From contig CM120640.1 of NCBI GenBank assembly GCA_051362555.1, forward strand, positions 37,529,967 through 37,593,966: DNA of 64,000 nt, read 5' to 3'. Under the pieces are notes generated by a model. It was not told the DNA's origin and made no database searches. It worked only from the letters and a program-made list of their open reading frames with translations. The first letter of the stretch is position 1. The number at the start of each line of letters is the position of its first letter. The stretch is from Lingula anatina. Its lineage: Eukaryota; Animalia; Brachiopoda. The position numbers were made by a program, and so were the translations under genes. This document shows positions 1 through 13,200 of the stretch, in pieces.

Positions 1-742
1 AGAGCATTTGCTTTGAAAGTGGTTATTAACAGAACACTAGGAACTATCCACCCCATTGTGTTACCCGTTGTGAGAGAGCTATGACAACCAAATTGAATGC
101 ATTAGAGAAGACAAGGTGAGATTCCAGTGGGGAGAGAAAATGTTTTTGAAATTTTAACTGTCGTTTTGACATAATTGCCGTTATCATATTTTCAAATGCA
201 TAACGCATTTTCAAGCAAACTAATAATCAAATGTTGAGCAAATATGAGCGTAATTTTTATGATTGTCATAATATTTCAATGGTGCGCTTCTTTTTTGTGC
301 TCAGACAGCTAGAGTAATCTAAGCAAAAAAAAAACCGTTATTAAAAATTGGATAATTTCCTTGTGTTTACGTTTGTACTATAAAGATAACCGTCTCTGCA
401 TTGAATCTTTGGTTATCAGTAACATTTTTTAATCACCAGCTTGTAATTGGACCCAGTTAACTGTTTACTGGGTCCTAGGCTTGTGGGGAAAATCTAGCAA
501 AAATGATTATCAGTTTTCTCGCAAAATATTTATTTTAGTGATAAAAAGATTGATCAAAATCCTGATATGTGACCTATGTTGTCTCCGAATGAAACGTATA
601 TGTATGCGTTCAACCCAACGGAACCACAAATTCACCTGAAGCGCAGTTTAGAAACTTAAGCCCGTGATACACTAAATTGTACCAGTACTGGTATTAAGAT
701 TTAATATAAATTATAACCGATAAAAAAGATCAATAAAATTGT

Positions 743-2020
743 ATCGGGTAAAAGACGATGTTTAAATAACTGTTGCTACCTCTAGAAAAGTACAATTATG
801 TAGTTTTCGACAAATAAACCCACGGCCTTTTCCCATTTCACAAAATTGTCCAGAAATCAAGTTTTGTGTATAACTAATGTAAGTAACTATGGAAACAAGT
901 ATCATTTTCCAGAGCTAGTAAATTAGTGTAGTGCTTTGTATAGACAAACAAACTAAAACAAGTTTTGTCCTGCTGATATGAGCAAATATGTAAAAAAACG
1001 TTCTGGGCAGAAGATGGTTAGTTTGGCCTAGGCTAATGCATGTGCGGAGGAACAGGTATGAAGTAACTAATTTGTGTGTGGCAGAAATAAAAGAAAATTG
1101 AGTAACTACTTTTCTTGTCGTCATGGACAATTAATCAGATCAGAGGGACAATAATTGACATCCAGACATGTTAACTGACATTCAACAATATTTGTCCAGA
1201 AAACAAGTTTTGTGTATAACTAACGCACGTAACCATGGTAACAAGTATCATTTTCCAGAACTAGTAAATCATGTGACTGCTTAAAAAACAAATTAAAATA
1301 ATTTTATCGGGTAAAAGTAAAAATGTTGAAATAGCTGTTGCTACCTCTAGAAAAGTGCGATTATGTAGTTTTCGACAAATAAATCCACGGCCTTTTCCCA
1401 TTTCACAAAATTGTCCAGAAATCAAGTTTTGTGTATAACTAATGTACGTAACTGGTAACACGTATCATTTTCCAGGGCTAGGAAATCATGTGGTGTGTTT
1501 TGTAGAGACAATTAAAATAAGCTTTGTCCAGCTGATATGTGCAAATTTTATGGAAATAAACGTTCTGGGCAGAAGATGGTTAGTTTGGCCTAGGCTAATG
1601 CAAGTGCGGAGGTACAGGCAAGTAGTAACTAATTGGTATGTGGCAAAAATAAAAGAAAATCGAATAACTACTTTTCTTGTCGTCATGGACAATAAATCAG
1701 ATCAGAGGGACAATAATTGACATTCAGACATGTTAATTGACATTCAACAATATTTGTCCAGAAAAAAAGTTTTGTATATAACTAACGCACGTAACTATGG
1801 TAACAAGTATCATTTTCCAGAACTAGTAAATCATGTGACTGCTTAAAAAACAAATCAAAATAATTTTATCGGGTAAAAGTAAAAATGTTGAAATTACTTG
1901 TTGCTACCTCTAGAAACGTGCGATTATGTAGTTTTCGACAAATAAATCTTGTCGTCATTGACAATTAATCAGACCAGAGGGACAATAATTGACCTTCAGA
2001 CATGTTAATTGACATTCAAG
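743..2020. repeat. Tandem satellite, ~560-bp unit, 2 full copies plus 1 internally deleted copy
   Basis: ATCGGGTAAAAG...TGTTGCTACCTCTAGAAA recurs at ~743, ~1306 and ~1867. Each full unit holds two copies of a ~75-bp subrepeat (TTGTCCAGAAA.CAAGTTTTGTGTATAACTAA...TATCATTTTCCAG at ~846, 1192, 1411, 1754). Confidence 0.9.
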
Positions 2021-3199
2021 CATGGTGTAAAATATAATTTTTTTCTAATTCAAATCTGTTTACAGACCCGTAGGACAAACTATAAAAATAAACATTACAA
2101 ATATTAGACAGCATTAGCAAATGTACGGTCCCTTAAAACAGAGGTGATAATATACATTTATATCTCACGTATGCTTTGACACTTTTCTCGACTGACTTAT
2201 TTCAAATGTGCCTTGCAATGACTAAAAGACAGCTATGGCTAAGACAAATTAAAGGGCGAAATGCCGACTCCATAGAAGCAAGATATGGGTTCCACAACGC
2301 ATGTTGTATTCGAGAAGAGTGTATTTCTCTTAGTTAGGATGACTCTTAGCGGCCATGCTATATGTCTCTGACATTGTTTCAATCAGGATATACATTGGGG
2401 GTGGATATACATTGTTTTCGCCTATGGGTTTATGTACATTTATTATTTTATTTTATTATTTATTTGTTTGTGTACATACGTTTCGCCAATAAAAAAATAA
2501 GCATACACAGATTTTGTGTAGAAGGTATGAAATTTTTCCTATGTGTTGATGAAAAAAATATTATAGAAGACATATTACAGAAAGCATTTATGTGATAAAA
2601 AGACACCTGGACATTCATACTTATAACGCTGCTAATCGCACTGCTTTTCACCTTGACAACGAGTAAAAACACACGTGGAACGTTCACCGCTCTGTGGCGC
2701 CTCTGTGGTTAACTGAGGAACTGGCCTCTGTGCCACCTGTCGTCCTTAAAGTCTGTCGCAGCACTCACTATTATCTCACTGGGAGGGAAATTGGCGTCCT
2801 GTCTGCTTCAGGAGACCGACAACAGACTTACAGTGCCAGTTGTCCAATTTGCTTTTGCCGATACATATAGAGGAATCTCAAGAAAATCGACAAGTAAGAT
2901 ATTAATTTTTGCTTTTATTTTTGTGTTTTTGGCAACGGAAATTTCATTTGTTTTTGCGATATTATGAACATGTAAAACATCATTTAGGAGACTATATAGT
3001 TATATAATTACAGAATTGAGCATGCGCAGTCCATTTATATATAGGCCTATATATACATGTACACTGTAAATGAAACATTTGCTACCTGAATTCAGCTACA
3101 TTTCAATTCTAATGAGACAGACAGAAAACTATAAAAGACAGATTATCGAATTTATTCTTGAAAGTATTTCTCGTTTCAGACATATTACTGCATAAAAAA

Positions 3200-5068
3200 A
3201 TGAAAAGAACTGATCAACAACAGCATTACTTTGGTGAGTGCCGTTCCAAAAACAGCCACGAGGAAAGCTTGGATTTTGAAAACGAAGTCTGCGACAATTC
3301 CGAGATGAGAAACTTGTCATGCCATATTGCCTCAAAAGGAAGTCAACAACATCCAAATAACGACGACGGAAACTTAGCAGATCAGCATGACCTACGGGAC
3401 GGCGATGGGATCGAATTTGATGATTTACAAGGACGAACACAGTCTGAGGAAAACACCTTGAGCGAAATGCTCCCACACATCTTGAAACTCTGTGATCTTG
3501 ACGTCGTGACCAAGGAGTTTGAATACACTGGGTTACCGACGCATCATGATTCTTTGCCTTACGGGGCCTACGCAACAGAGGTGCCAAAATCGCCTTCAAT
3601 TCGAGGACGCTATCGAAACAGTGATCCTGGGCAATCAGCGTCCAAGGAACCCCACACAGGTCACCATTCGTTGTCCTTACGGCAACATAGCATTGATTCC
3701 CCGTCTTCAAACGTTATTTGGCACAATGGGCGGCGGTATCGATTGGCATTATGTGACGACCAGGAAGCACCCGGACTTGGGCTGACCTCTCCAAATAGTC
3801 CAACCAATTTAATGTTTCCTCCGTCTCCGCCGTTTTCAAGCAGGCCCCACCCGCCAGCGTTCAACATTATTGCTCCTTCGCCAACAATGTCTCTTACGGG
3901 GAAAGACTGTAGTGCAGGTAAAATCATGATGTCTTCTCTGCGTAGAGCAGAAAAGAACATTTTTGACTCAAAATCTCCATCTTTGTCAAGCCCATCTTCC
4001 TCGATGAGCCCAGTTTCAACCTCGTCTTTTTCCAATTATTTGTCTGCTCGAACACTATATGAAACCGGGAGTCCTCTGCCTCCCGTATTAACTCCTAAAC
4101 CTTTAAGGAAAAATTTACTTCCTCCTCTGGATCCATTGGGTCGAATGTCATCTTCTGGCGAAAGTATGGACGGCAGCACCCCAGACAGGATGCATTTTTT
4201 CAGTAAAAGCCCTCTTCAAAGCCCTCACAAATTGGAACCGTGCTCCCATATATTTCATTCAAATAATCTAGATGGAGGTTATAAATACAACGAAAAAACT
4301 CCCGGGACGAGGAAAAAGAAATCTTCAAGATCCACGAAGAAGAACATCAGTTCTGATAGTGAGAAATCTACAGGCTGTCTTATTGATGAGGAGCAGCGCC
4401 GCAGCAACTTTGAAGTTAAAACAAGACCTCGCAAGAAGTCGAGTATAGCCACAAACAAGGCTAATGTATTGAAGTGTACATCAAAGGTCAACAGAATTCT
4501 GGTCAATGATCCAATACCAGAGAAGTACGCCCAACAGGTTGTAACAGAGCATCCGAAAAGAAAAACGAGCAAAACTGTCAAGACCAAAAAGCGTCACAGC
4601 TCATTCAGTGTTCGGTCTACATATCGGAGACGCACTGATATGTCGGAGACCAGTTCAAAAAGTGGCGAAGGGCTCAGTCAAGATGGCAGGGACAGTTATT
4701 GTACTTCTATTGCGAGTAGCGTAGATGCTGCGCCCCCATCACCTCCTATTCGTAAGAGAAAGAGTGCAATAGTAGTTTGCACAGACGGACCTCGTGACTC
4801 GAATGTTTATTTTCCTGAAATTAGTCTTAAAAATTCACCTACATCGAAAAACTGTTTCAGCTACCAGGGGATGGTTCAGCATAACGCGAAACCCGAGAGA
4901 AGAGAATCTAAAAATAAGTCTTCGAAAACGCATCGCTGTTCTAATGCAACGAAACCGATTGTAGAGAAAGCGGAAGTCGCAGAAACAGTTGAAGAGAGAG
5001 CGAGTCCTCAGACAGAAAGCATTAGTTGGAAAATCCAACGTTTCTTTCAGCGCTCTCCTCAAAACTAG
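3200..5068 (+). CDS. Uncharacterised Ser/Pro/Lys-rich, probably disordered protein (622 aa), single coding exon
   Basis: 1.9-kb stop-free ORF in AT-rich DNA. First ATG at 3200 follows the acceptor TTTCTCGTTTCAG (3179), with a candidate 5'UTR-exon donor AA|GTAAG at 2893/2894. No recognisable folded domain. Confidence 0.75.
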   Translation: MKRTDQQQHYFGECRSKNSHEESLDFENEVCDNSEMRNLSCHIASKGSQQHPNNDDGNLADQHDLRDGDGIEFDDLQGRTQSEENTLSEMLPHILKLCDLDVVTKEFEYTGLPTHHDSLPYGAYATEVPKSPSIRGRYRNSDPGQSASKEPHTGHHSLSLRQHSIDSPSSNVIWHNGRRYRLALCDDQEAPGLGLTSPNSPTNLMFPPSPPFSSRPHPPAFNIIAPSPTMSLTGKDCSAGKIMMSSLRRAEKNIFDSKSPSLSSPSSSMSPVSTSSFSNYLSARTLYETGSPLPPVLTPKPLRKNLLPPLDPLGRMSSSGESMDGSTPDRMHFFSKSPLQSPHKLEPCSHIFHSNNLDGGYKYNEKTPGTRKKKSSRSTKKNISSDSEKSTGCLIDEEQRRSNFEVKTRPRKKSSIATNKANVLKCTSKVNRILVNDPIPEKYAQQVVTEHPKRKTSKTVKTKKRHSSFSVRSTYRRRTDMSETSSKSGEGLSQDGRDSYCTSIASSVDAAPPSPPIRKRKSAIVVCTDGPRDSNVYFPEISLKNSPTSKNCFSYQGMVQHNAKPERRESKNKSSKTHRCSNATKPIVEKAEVAETVEERASPQTESISWKIQRFFQRSPQN

Positions 5069-7351
5069 ACATATGTATACTCGACTGTATAGAATTCCTG
5101 TCACTGATTAGCATGTTAATAATTCATTTTTCGGAAGTGGAGAACATGTGTTTCACGTTAATCACGTATGTAGAGGCGATAATGAATTTCAATATAATCT
5201 AATTCGCATCTTGATAACCTCTACATGTCAAATAAGCAGCGTTTTCTTTCACTCATTTATACTTCATTTAATCATTTTTTCTTAAAACTGATCTCAACAT
5301 TTCCCCGATTTTTCTGTTACAGAATAATAAGTCACATTTTACATTAAATGATTCTGATTATATATTTTATATTTCATTATCTCTCATAACAGTTAAATGT
5401 AAAGCTGCTTGGCAGGCCTGTTATACGAGTATATGCATGTATGTATAAGCCATTTTGATTAAATTATCAGAACAAATATCAAGCATATCTTTTTTATTTG
5501 AAATAGAAAAAAAGAAAGAAACACAAGAACATGATATTAGAAACTGCTTGGAACAAAATCAGAGTGATCCTTTATGTAATTGGCTCCTGTGGCTTATACA
5601 GAGCGTAGACCTGACTACCAAGCGCCCTTAGGATTGGGCAGTAACTTTTAGCTACAATACAGACAAGTATTTTTAATTTCCATTGGATGGGGAAAAGTCT
5701 CAGTTCCCGCGTCCTGGGATAAGTACCCCTCTCTCGTGTTGTCTCTTCCGGGGCAGCACGGTTTTATTATTTTTTTCCAGAAAAATAAATGTCAATTATC
5801 GCCGTTTCTTTGATAAGAAGTGATATATCTGCTTAAGACCTCTTCTTAGCCAAGCAACTACTCTTAAAGTTGACCTGCTGGACTTTATCGTAACTTACCC
5901 GCCATTTTTTCCCCGTTATCACTGTGAGATTGCGACCCTTGGTGTTTTCTCTCTCTCTAAAGTACAAGTCGTTTTGGCGCGACTTCGCTGCTCTCCGCTT
6001 GCAGCCTATATGGTTCAAGGCAAGCAGCTAGCTGTCGCAGCTCATTGACGTGCAACAAGGTCCTTGCGTAACGTCTAATCTGGTGAGTGAATTTATAGGA
6101 AGACCTTGTTATGAAGTGTTCTAATGTCATTCTTAGTGACATGTGTTTGTGAGGCATCTGCAGAAAAACAGTGCAACGTTTATATACAAAATCTGTATTT
6201 AGGGCTGGCCATGGCGTAACCTGCCGAGTCTAGTATAGCTTTCTATGTTCTCCATATTATTTATATCAACAGGTGGTTAGTTGTAAAGGTAGATATATAG
6301 AGATTAATATCCATTTAAGGTTTTTATTATAAGGATTGGCATATTATGGGTTATAGTTGAAGAATAAGTCGGCTACAGTAGATGGAAACGGACCTACTTG
6401 TGTCGAATACAGTAAGTTTTCTGATAATACATTGTGACCTAATCAGGTCGATGGGTTACGACACTCCGGGCATATTCAGTTGTTGAGCACGAAATGGTAC
6501 AATAATTGACACATTTGTTGTCTCTCTACGTTATGTATGACATATGATAACAATAGTAATAACAATTTTACGTTTCGTAGTTACAATCCATATCGCACAA
6601 ATTATTTAAAAATCCTTGTTTGTAATTCTGCACGACTGTGTGTTGGATCCAGGTGCTGATCGCGGCAGCCCTAGCTGTCATGTCACCGTTTTGTTTCCAT
6701 ATGTCCTAGAAATGTGTTTTTGACCTATTTTATGACTTTATTAAACGGTTGGCACAGGTGAGTGAGAAGAGATCTCATTTGAGTGTGGTCCGACTTGCCA
6801 GGAAACTCGTGTCACGACGGAGAATGACGGAACTCCGAGAACCCCTATACACTTGATTTATAAGGAGACGGAAAAATATGACCGTTTTCTTTTTCTTTGG
6901 TTGAGATAGTGGAGGTAAAGATAAAGTAGGCGAAATATGCGCACAAAATATCCCATTAAAATGGAATGTGATTGCATTTTTGATGCGTTTCCCTGTAAGC
7001 TCAATGTCAACTCCTTTTCTTTTCATACATACAAACCAGTTTCATGCTCATTTTCGTTGATATTTGCCTCCGTGCATTGGCTACGAATTTTTCTTTATTT
7101 ACTACTTGGTTGCATTTCTTGTCAACTAATGCTACGTTGAACTGTACATACATCTTAATTTATAATGTTCCTCAATTACAAAATTCGCTCAATTTTTGAC
7201 GCGAAAAACTTGTCTTATTTCACTTTTCGTCCATTTTATTATTTCGATGCATGTATAAATGAAATTAACCCATTTACTTGGATAATAGGTTATGCGAGAG
7301 CAGGGCAGGTACGGTACTAATAAACCCATAACAGCATAACAGGAAGTTTAA

Positions 7352-7566
7352 GGCTCTATTCCCATAGATTTTAGAACGATCTATCCCCGCGGGGAGTCTC
7401 ACTAGATTACTTTCAGATAATCCGACTTAAATGTCCGTCCCGCCTACTACAAGCTGTAAGGGGGTAATTAACTTTCGTGTCCGCCCGGCTGACAGCTATT
7501 TAGCGTGAACCCCCAGGGAGTTAGGTCGATCTTAAGTAGGTCGATCTAATCTATGGAAATGGGGTG
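7352..7566. mobile_element. PIF/Harbinger-like MITE (215 bp), degenerate copy
   Basis: TAA flanks at 7349-51 and 7567-69; imperfect TIRs GGCTCTATTCCCATAGATT / AATCTATGGAAATGGGGTG; reverse-complement homologue of 15620-15835. Confidence 0.8.
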
Positions 7567-8730
7567 TAAGGGTTAAAACTGTAATTTACGTTGCAAAACA
7601 TATTCGATCCAACAGGAAATCCCTGAACACAGAACACAGATGACTCTTCATTTGTTATGCACAGTACATTTTCTTTTTTATCAAGAAAAAATAAGATTTG
7701 TTGCGAAAATCCAGAAAAGAATACCTTTAATTTGTCGTTTGGAACCTGGACAAATAAAACGTTTTATTAGTACAAGTTTGGAGGATGTAACGTGCTACAT
7801 TGTACAATACAATACAAAATACAATACAATAGAAATGAATACAAAAAGGTACAATTCGGGTACAATGTTGCTATTGAACGACAGAAAATGAAGAAAATGA
7901 AAGATATGTCTATGATACTACGTTATCCTGTAAATGAGATAAACTTCTAGCTATCTTTCAGTGGTAGTATTTATTCCCTATCGGTGCTTGTGTCAGTTCT
8001 TATGAAAAGAGCCCTTGATTTCCATTTTCAAGGTTATCGCAAATGGCATATTTTTAAGTGCCAAGATTTGATATTCCATATAATATATGCGGCAGTAACA
8101 TTATGGGTAATATCTGCCTATGGGGATATTACTTTTATACCTTAAAATATGTGATGCTATTTCCAAATTCCCGAGAATGAATGGGGTGGACCATCATAAT
8201 TAATTGTTCGCTTGTTTGTTTGTTTATTTATTTTTTATCTCCATGACACATGTAACGTCTTTACGCATGTGTATGTATCTTTGTAAATGTCCAAAGTGTT
8301 TGGCTTCTTTTTAAATGGCTTGCAACACTTTTTGTCACTTCTGATTGGAAATTAGCGCATAAAGATTTGCTTCTAGTCATGTTGTACGATCGTTAAATTA
8401 TCTTCACTACCAATGGCAATATGCTAATTGGTTGATATGAAACTAGAAATTAATTGCTTAACCTTAACTATAGGTGAGATTTGAAATAATTAAATCAGTT
8501 TCAAAAACTTGCTTTAAAATCTAATTTGAAGTGGAAGCAATTCCCAGCATTGCATGTCCCGATAATGAGTACCTTCTCAAACACAAATTCCTTGATTTTG
8601 AAAGTGATAACTTATATTGCATAGGTATCGTAGTTTAACCGAAAGTATGATGTCAATTTGTTTGTTTTTTTTTTCTGTCTTTCATTCTTTTCTCAAAGTT
8701 GGGACTTTTATGTAACATTAGATGTGAACC

Positions 8731-9121
8731 ATGCCCCAGGCACAAGTAAACCAGTTCGGCGCCGTGGACTATGTCGTCTTCGGTAGTACTCTCGTGGTCT
8801 CGGCGGGCATTGGCATTTTCTCAGCGCTGACGGGAGGCCACCAAAGAACGACATCAGAATTTTTAATGGCAGACAGAAAGATGGGTCCCATTCCAGCAGC
8901 CTTGTCGTTATTGGCCAGCTTCATCTCGGCCATAACTTTGCTAGGGACGCCTAAAGAAATCTACGTGTATGGTACAGAGTATCTGTGGATGGCGCTCAGT
9001 TACTTTCCGGCTATTGCTGTTGCAGCGCATGTGTATCTTCCTATCTTCTTTCGGCTCCAGGTGACCAGCGCACATGAGGTGAGCTATAATTTGTAGATGA
9101 GGAAATAATTGTTAAATTATT

Positions 9122-9158
<37 letters not shown>

Positions 9159-9253
9159 CGCACACAGAATATTTCAGATTATTTAGTGTCTTTGTTAAAT
9201 ATCATCATTTTCAATGTCCTTCTTCATAATATTTTTATCATGAAATAAGCAAA

Positions 9254-9296
<43 letters not shown>

Positions 9297-9626
9297 TTAT
9301 AGATGTCTCAGCATTAAAGTGAATTATCTGTTGCTCTGTAAGCTCTATTATGAATATCAATATAACTTTTAGTACTTGGAAAGGCGGTTTAACAAAGCGG
9401 TTCGAGTCGCCGGATCACTTACTTTTAGCTTGCAGATTGTGAGTAAAAAGAAATCGCAATTTTGTTTTAAAATAATAATGAAATATTATGGAATTAATAA
9501 AGTATTGAGTATCGAAAGTTAAAATGATAGATTCTGAATATAATATCAAACACTAGTTTTAAATAGTATTTTCTGTAAAAGAAAAGTTTCTGTAAGCATC
9601 CTGTCTATTTTGTCTGAAAATTGTCG

Positions 9627-9669
<43 letters not shown>

Positions 9670-10267
9670 AGAATAATAACAAAGGCGAAATGCAATATTC
9701 CAGATCCTGTACTTACCCATCGTGTTGTATGCGCCTTCCTTAGCATTAGAACAAGGTGGGATGATATTTCTCAAGTCCAGAATTTAGAAAACCTTTATGA
9801 TGATGTCTCTGTTATAAAAATGTAATGATGTTTACTAAGAAATACGTGAAAATATAAAAATTGAAATGCAATAAGCAACCTGGCAAGAAATAATTAAAGA
9901 AAAAACTTACAAATAAAGGTAATTCATGGTTAACTGAACTTTGATAACTAATTTAAATTTGATATCTGAATATAATACAGGATAGTACTGTTAATAATTA
10001 TATTATATATATACAGTAATATGTTACTGTATTGTTTTTATACAGTAACCGGATTAAACAAATGGATCGCCGTTGCCACTGTGGGAGTTGTCTGCATTTT
10101 CTACACAAGCATAGTAAGTAGGCCTAAGTTTCATTGTTCACCGACGCAGTAAAGTCAATAGCTTAATAATTTAAGACAACACCCGTTTTTTTAATTCGTA
10201 AAACGAAAAGATCGTCAGTCATTCCCCCCTCAAACCTATCATCACCCCCTCCCTACCAATACACACA

Positions 10268-10299
<32 letters not shown>

Positions 10300-13200
10300 C
10301 ACACACAGAGCGAGATAGCGAGCGAGAGAGAGAGAAAGAAAGAGAGGAAAAATATTGACCATTACTCCACTATTCAGGGTGGCATCAAAGCCGTGATGTG
10401 GACCGACACCTTCCAAATAGGTGTTATGTTCGCCGGTCTGCTGGCAGTGCTGATCCAGGGGTCTCTTACCCTGGGAGGATATGAAAACGCCTGGGTAGCC
10501 AGCCTCGGGACGAACAGAATTAACTTCCTGGAGTAAGTCAGTCAAATTAAACTCAAATCAAATCATGTGAACATAGTAGCATTGAACAAAAAACAACAAC
10601 CAAAAATATTATAAATCCTATAGTGGGGGTTACTCTTCTTTTCTGTGACAAATCTGACGAGTAGCTGACAAATATTTGAACCTGTGAAAATAGCATAAGC
10701 GTATATCGGGATGCTATTGTTAAGAGTAATCTGTTTACTTTTAGGTAAACAACGTTTGAAAATGTGATATATATTTCGGATCACTAAAATCTTTAGCTAC
10801 ATTTGATATGTTATAATGATAATAAAACGATGATAAATTAAGCAAACTATATTTTTATCATTTTTCACAAGTCACGTGAACGTTTTGTAAAAAAAAAATA
10901 AACTCGTAGAGAAATGACACCAAGAAAATTTGCCCTTTTTAGTTTCGACCCCGATCCCCGAGAGCGCCACACATTTTGGACCTGTATATTCGGCGGGTTC
11001 TTCACCTGGCTCACTGTCTACGCCTGTAACCAAGCTCAGATCCAGAGAGCACTCACAGTGACCGACCTCAGGGGGGCACAGATGTCAGCTTGCTTAGATA
11101 ATCTATTTAATATATTATTTTTTAACACATGAATAACATGATAAATATAAATTGTATGTCAATTAATAGCGTGATAAATATAAATAACGTGTCAACGAAA
11201 GTCAGCGAGAGGTCATTGGGAAAAAAAGAAAGAAAACACCCATTGGGGGTATGCTAGTCTTACTGAAAATATATTACCTGATTTCAAAATAGAGCAAAAT
11301 TGGCCAAATCAAATAAGTATTTATCGAATTTTATTTAGTAAATATGATCTGCTTTGTCTCTCTAGTGCATACTGGGTCAACGCGCCTGGTCTAGCCAGCA
11401 TCATCATTCTTAGTGCTATGTCTGGGATACTCATCTTCGCACACTACTTTGATTGTGATCCTATGAACAACGGGGACATTAATGAACTAGATCAGGTAAG
11501 AAAAAGCCAAAACGGGGACATTAGCAAACTAGCTAAATCAGGTTAAAAATAGAAAAGTTAAAACGGGGACATAAACAAATGACACAGGCAAGAGATACAA
11601 TGAATATTCCTGGCAAGATTGCTACGTGATATGTATACACCAAGGCTCAGAGTGCTAGTGGTAGCTTCTCTCTCCCCAACATGTAGGGCCTACAGGTGCT
11701 TTTCCATTAGGTATGCTGAAATAATATTGTGAGTGTCCGGGAACTCAAGGTGACCATACGTAACTAATGAATTAATTTGAGCTTATTGCACACATAAAAC
11801 AACTGATATTTTCCGAGCTTGTGTTATTTTAAGACGTGCAATATTGTTAAAACATGCAATTTCTACTTCAGCTTCTGCCTCTGTTTGTAATGGATAAGTT
11901 TGCCAAAATACCTGGTCTACCTGGCCTGTTCACGGCCTGTCTGTTTAGTGGGGCGCTCAGGTAAAATGCCACGACAATAAATGTGTTGATGTCAAAGTAA
12001 TCAACGTGTTTTCTACCTATGAGGCAGGATATTCCGCCTCTCCATGAAAGACATTTGATTTCTTATAATTACACGAACGATGAAAAACCTATTTCTCCGA
12101 ATCAGTTTCTTGTGCAAGTTTTATTAACGATGCAGTGTATTTCATGTTTACTTTTTAGCATCCCTTTGTTTTGTCACAAAAAGCGGGTGCAATGAAGAAA
12201 ATAAAAAGAACATCTAAGATTTTATTTCTTAAAAAATTATTCTATTATCACATTGCTCGATCTATGTTTATAGAAATAAATTTAAAATCTTTTTCAGTAC
12301 AATATCTACAGGACTGAACAGCCTGGCAACTGTTTTCACGGTAGATATATTTGAGCAGTTTTGCTGTAAAAAGATACCCGACAGCAAAGCCACTATTGTA
12401 TCTAAAGTTCTCTGTAAGTTTTCTGCTTTTCATATCTTTTATATATATAAATACAAGCATGTCTTTGCCCGGAAAGGCGGAATATGTTCCAAGAAATGGG
12501 ATTGGTGTAAATCATAATTAACACATTTCACAAGTCATTTCAGTTTCAATTGACTTCTATATGATATATTACGATATATTATCATTTATTACCAGCGGTA
12601 ACCTTTGGCTGTATCATGATCGGCATGACCTATATAGCGTCACTACTTGGAGGCGTTTTGCAGGTATTGGCCAGTTGGTCCACAAGATCGGTTAAAATAA
12701 AATTCGTTGTCGAAATATCCTATCTTACTATCAACGCAAGAAATGTCTGTCTTTTAAGAGTACTTAAAACTATAATCAACTAGACAGATCAGTGCATACA
12801 CTAAAAGAACTACTGTTGCAGACGACCAGTTTTTTTCACCAAAACAATATTATGGAATTTTTAAGCTTAAAGATTTGAAATGTCCATGATATTGCCAATG
12901 CCTTATTCTGTTATATCGCTCCAGTTTTAAAAGTTCGTCACGTCATCACTTTCAACGTTATGTAATAACTGTCTGTAAACTGAAGTGGTACAACGTAATA
13001 AATGGAATAGGAAATTCCCTATGCTCTATCATTTAGGCCTTCATTGCTTTGTTCGGCATGGTTGGAGGGCCTCAACTCGGACTCTTCTCTCTTGGAATAT
13101 TTTTCCCCTGGGCAAACTGGAAGGTAGGAGAAACGGTCTATTATACGTACGGTTCTCTGTCTGTCGTAGCTCTTTGGATATGTGGATTTAATTTCCTTGC

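Noticed and set aside
915-1720. Short similar ORFs on both strands
   Set aside because: Products of the satellite units; frames are not conserved between copies.
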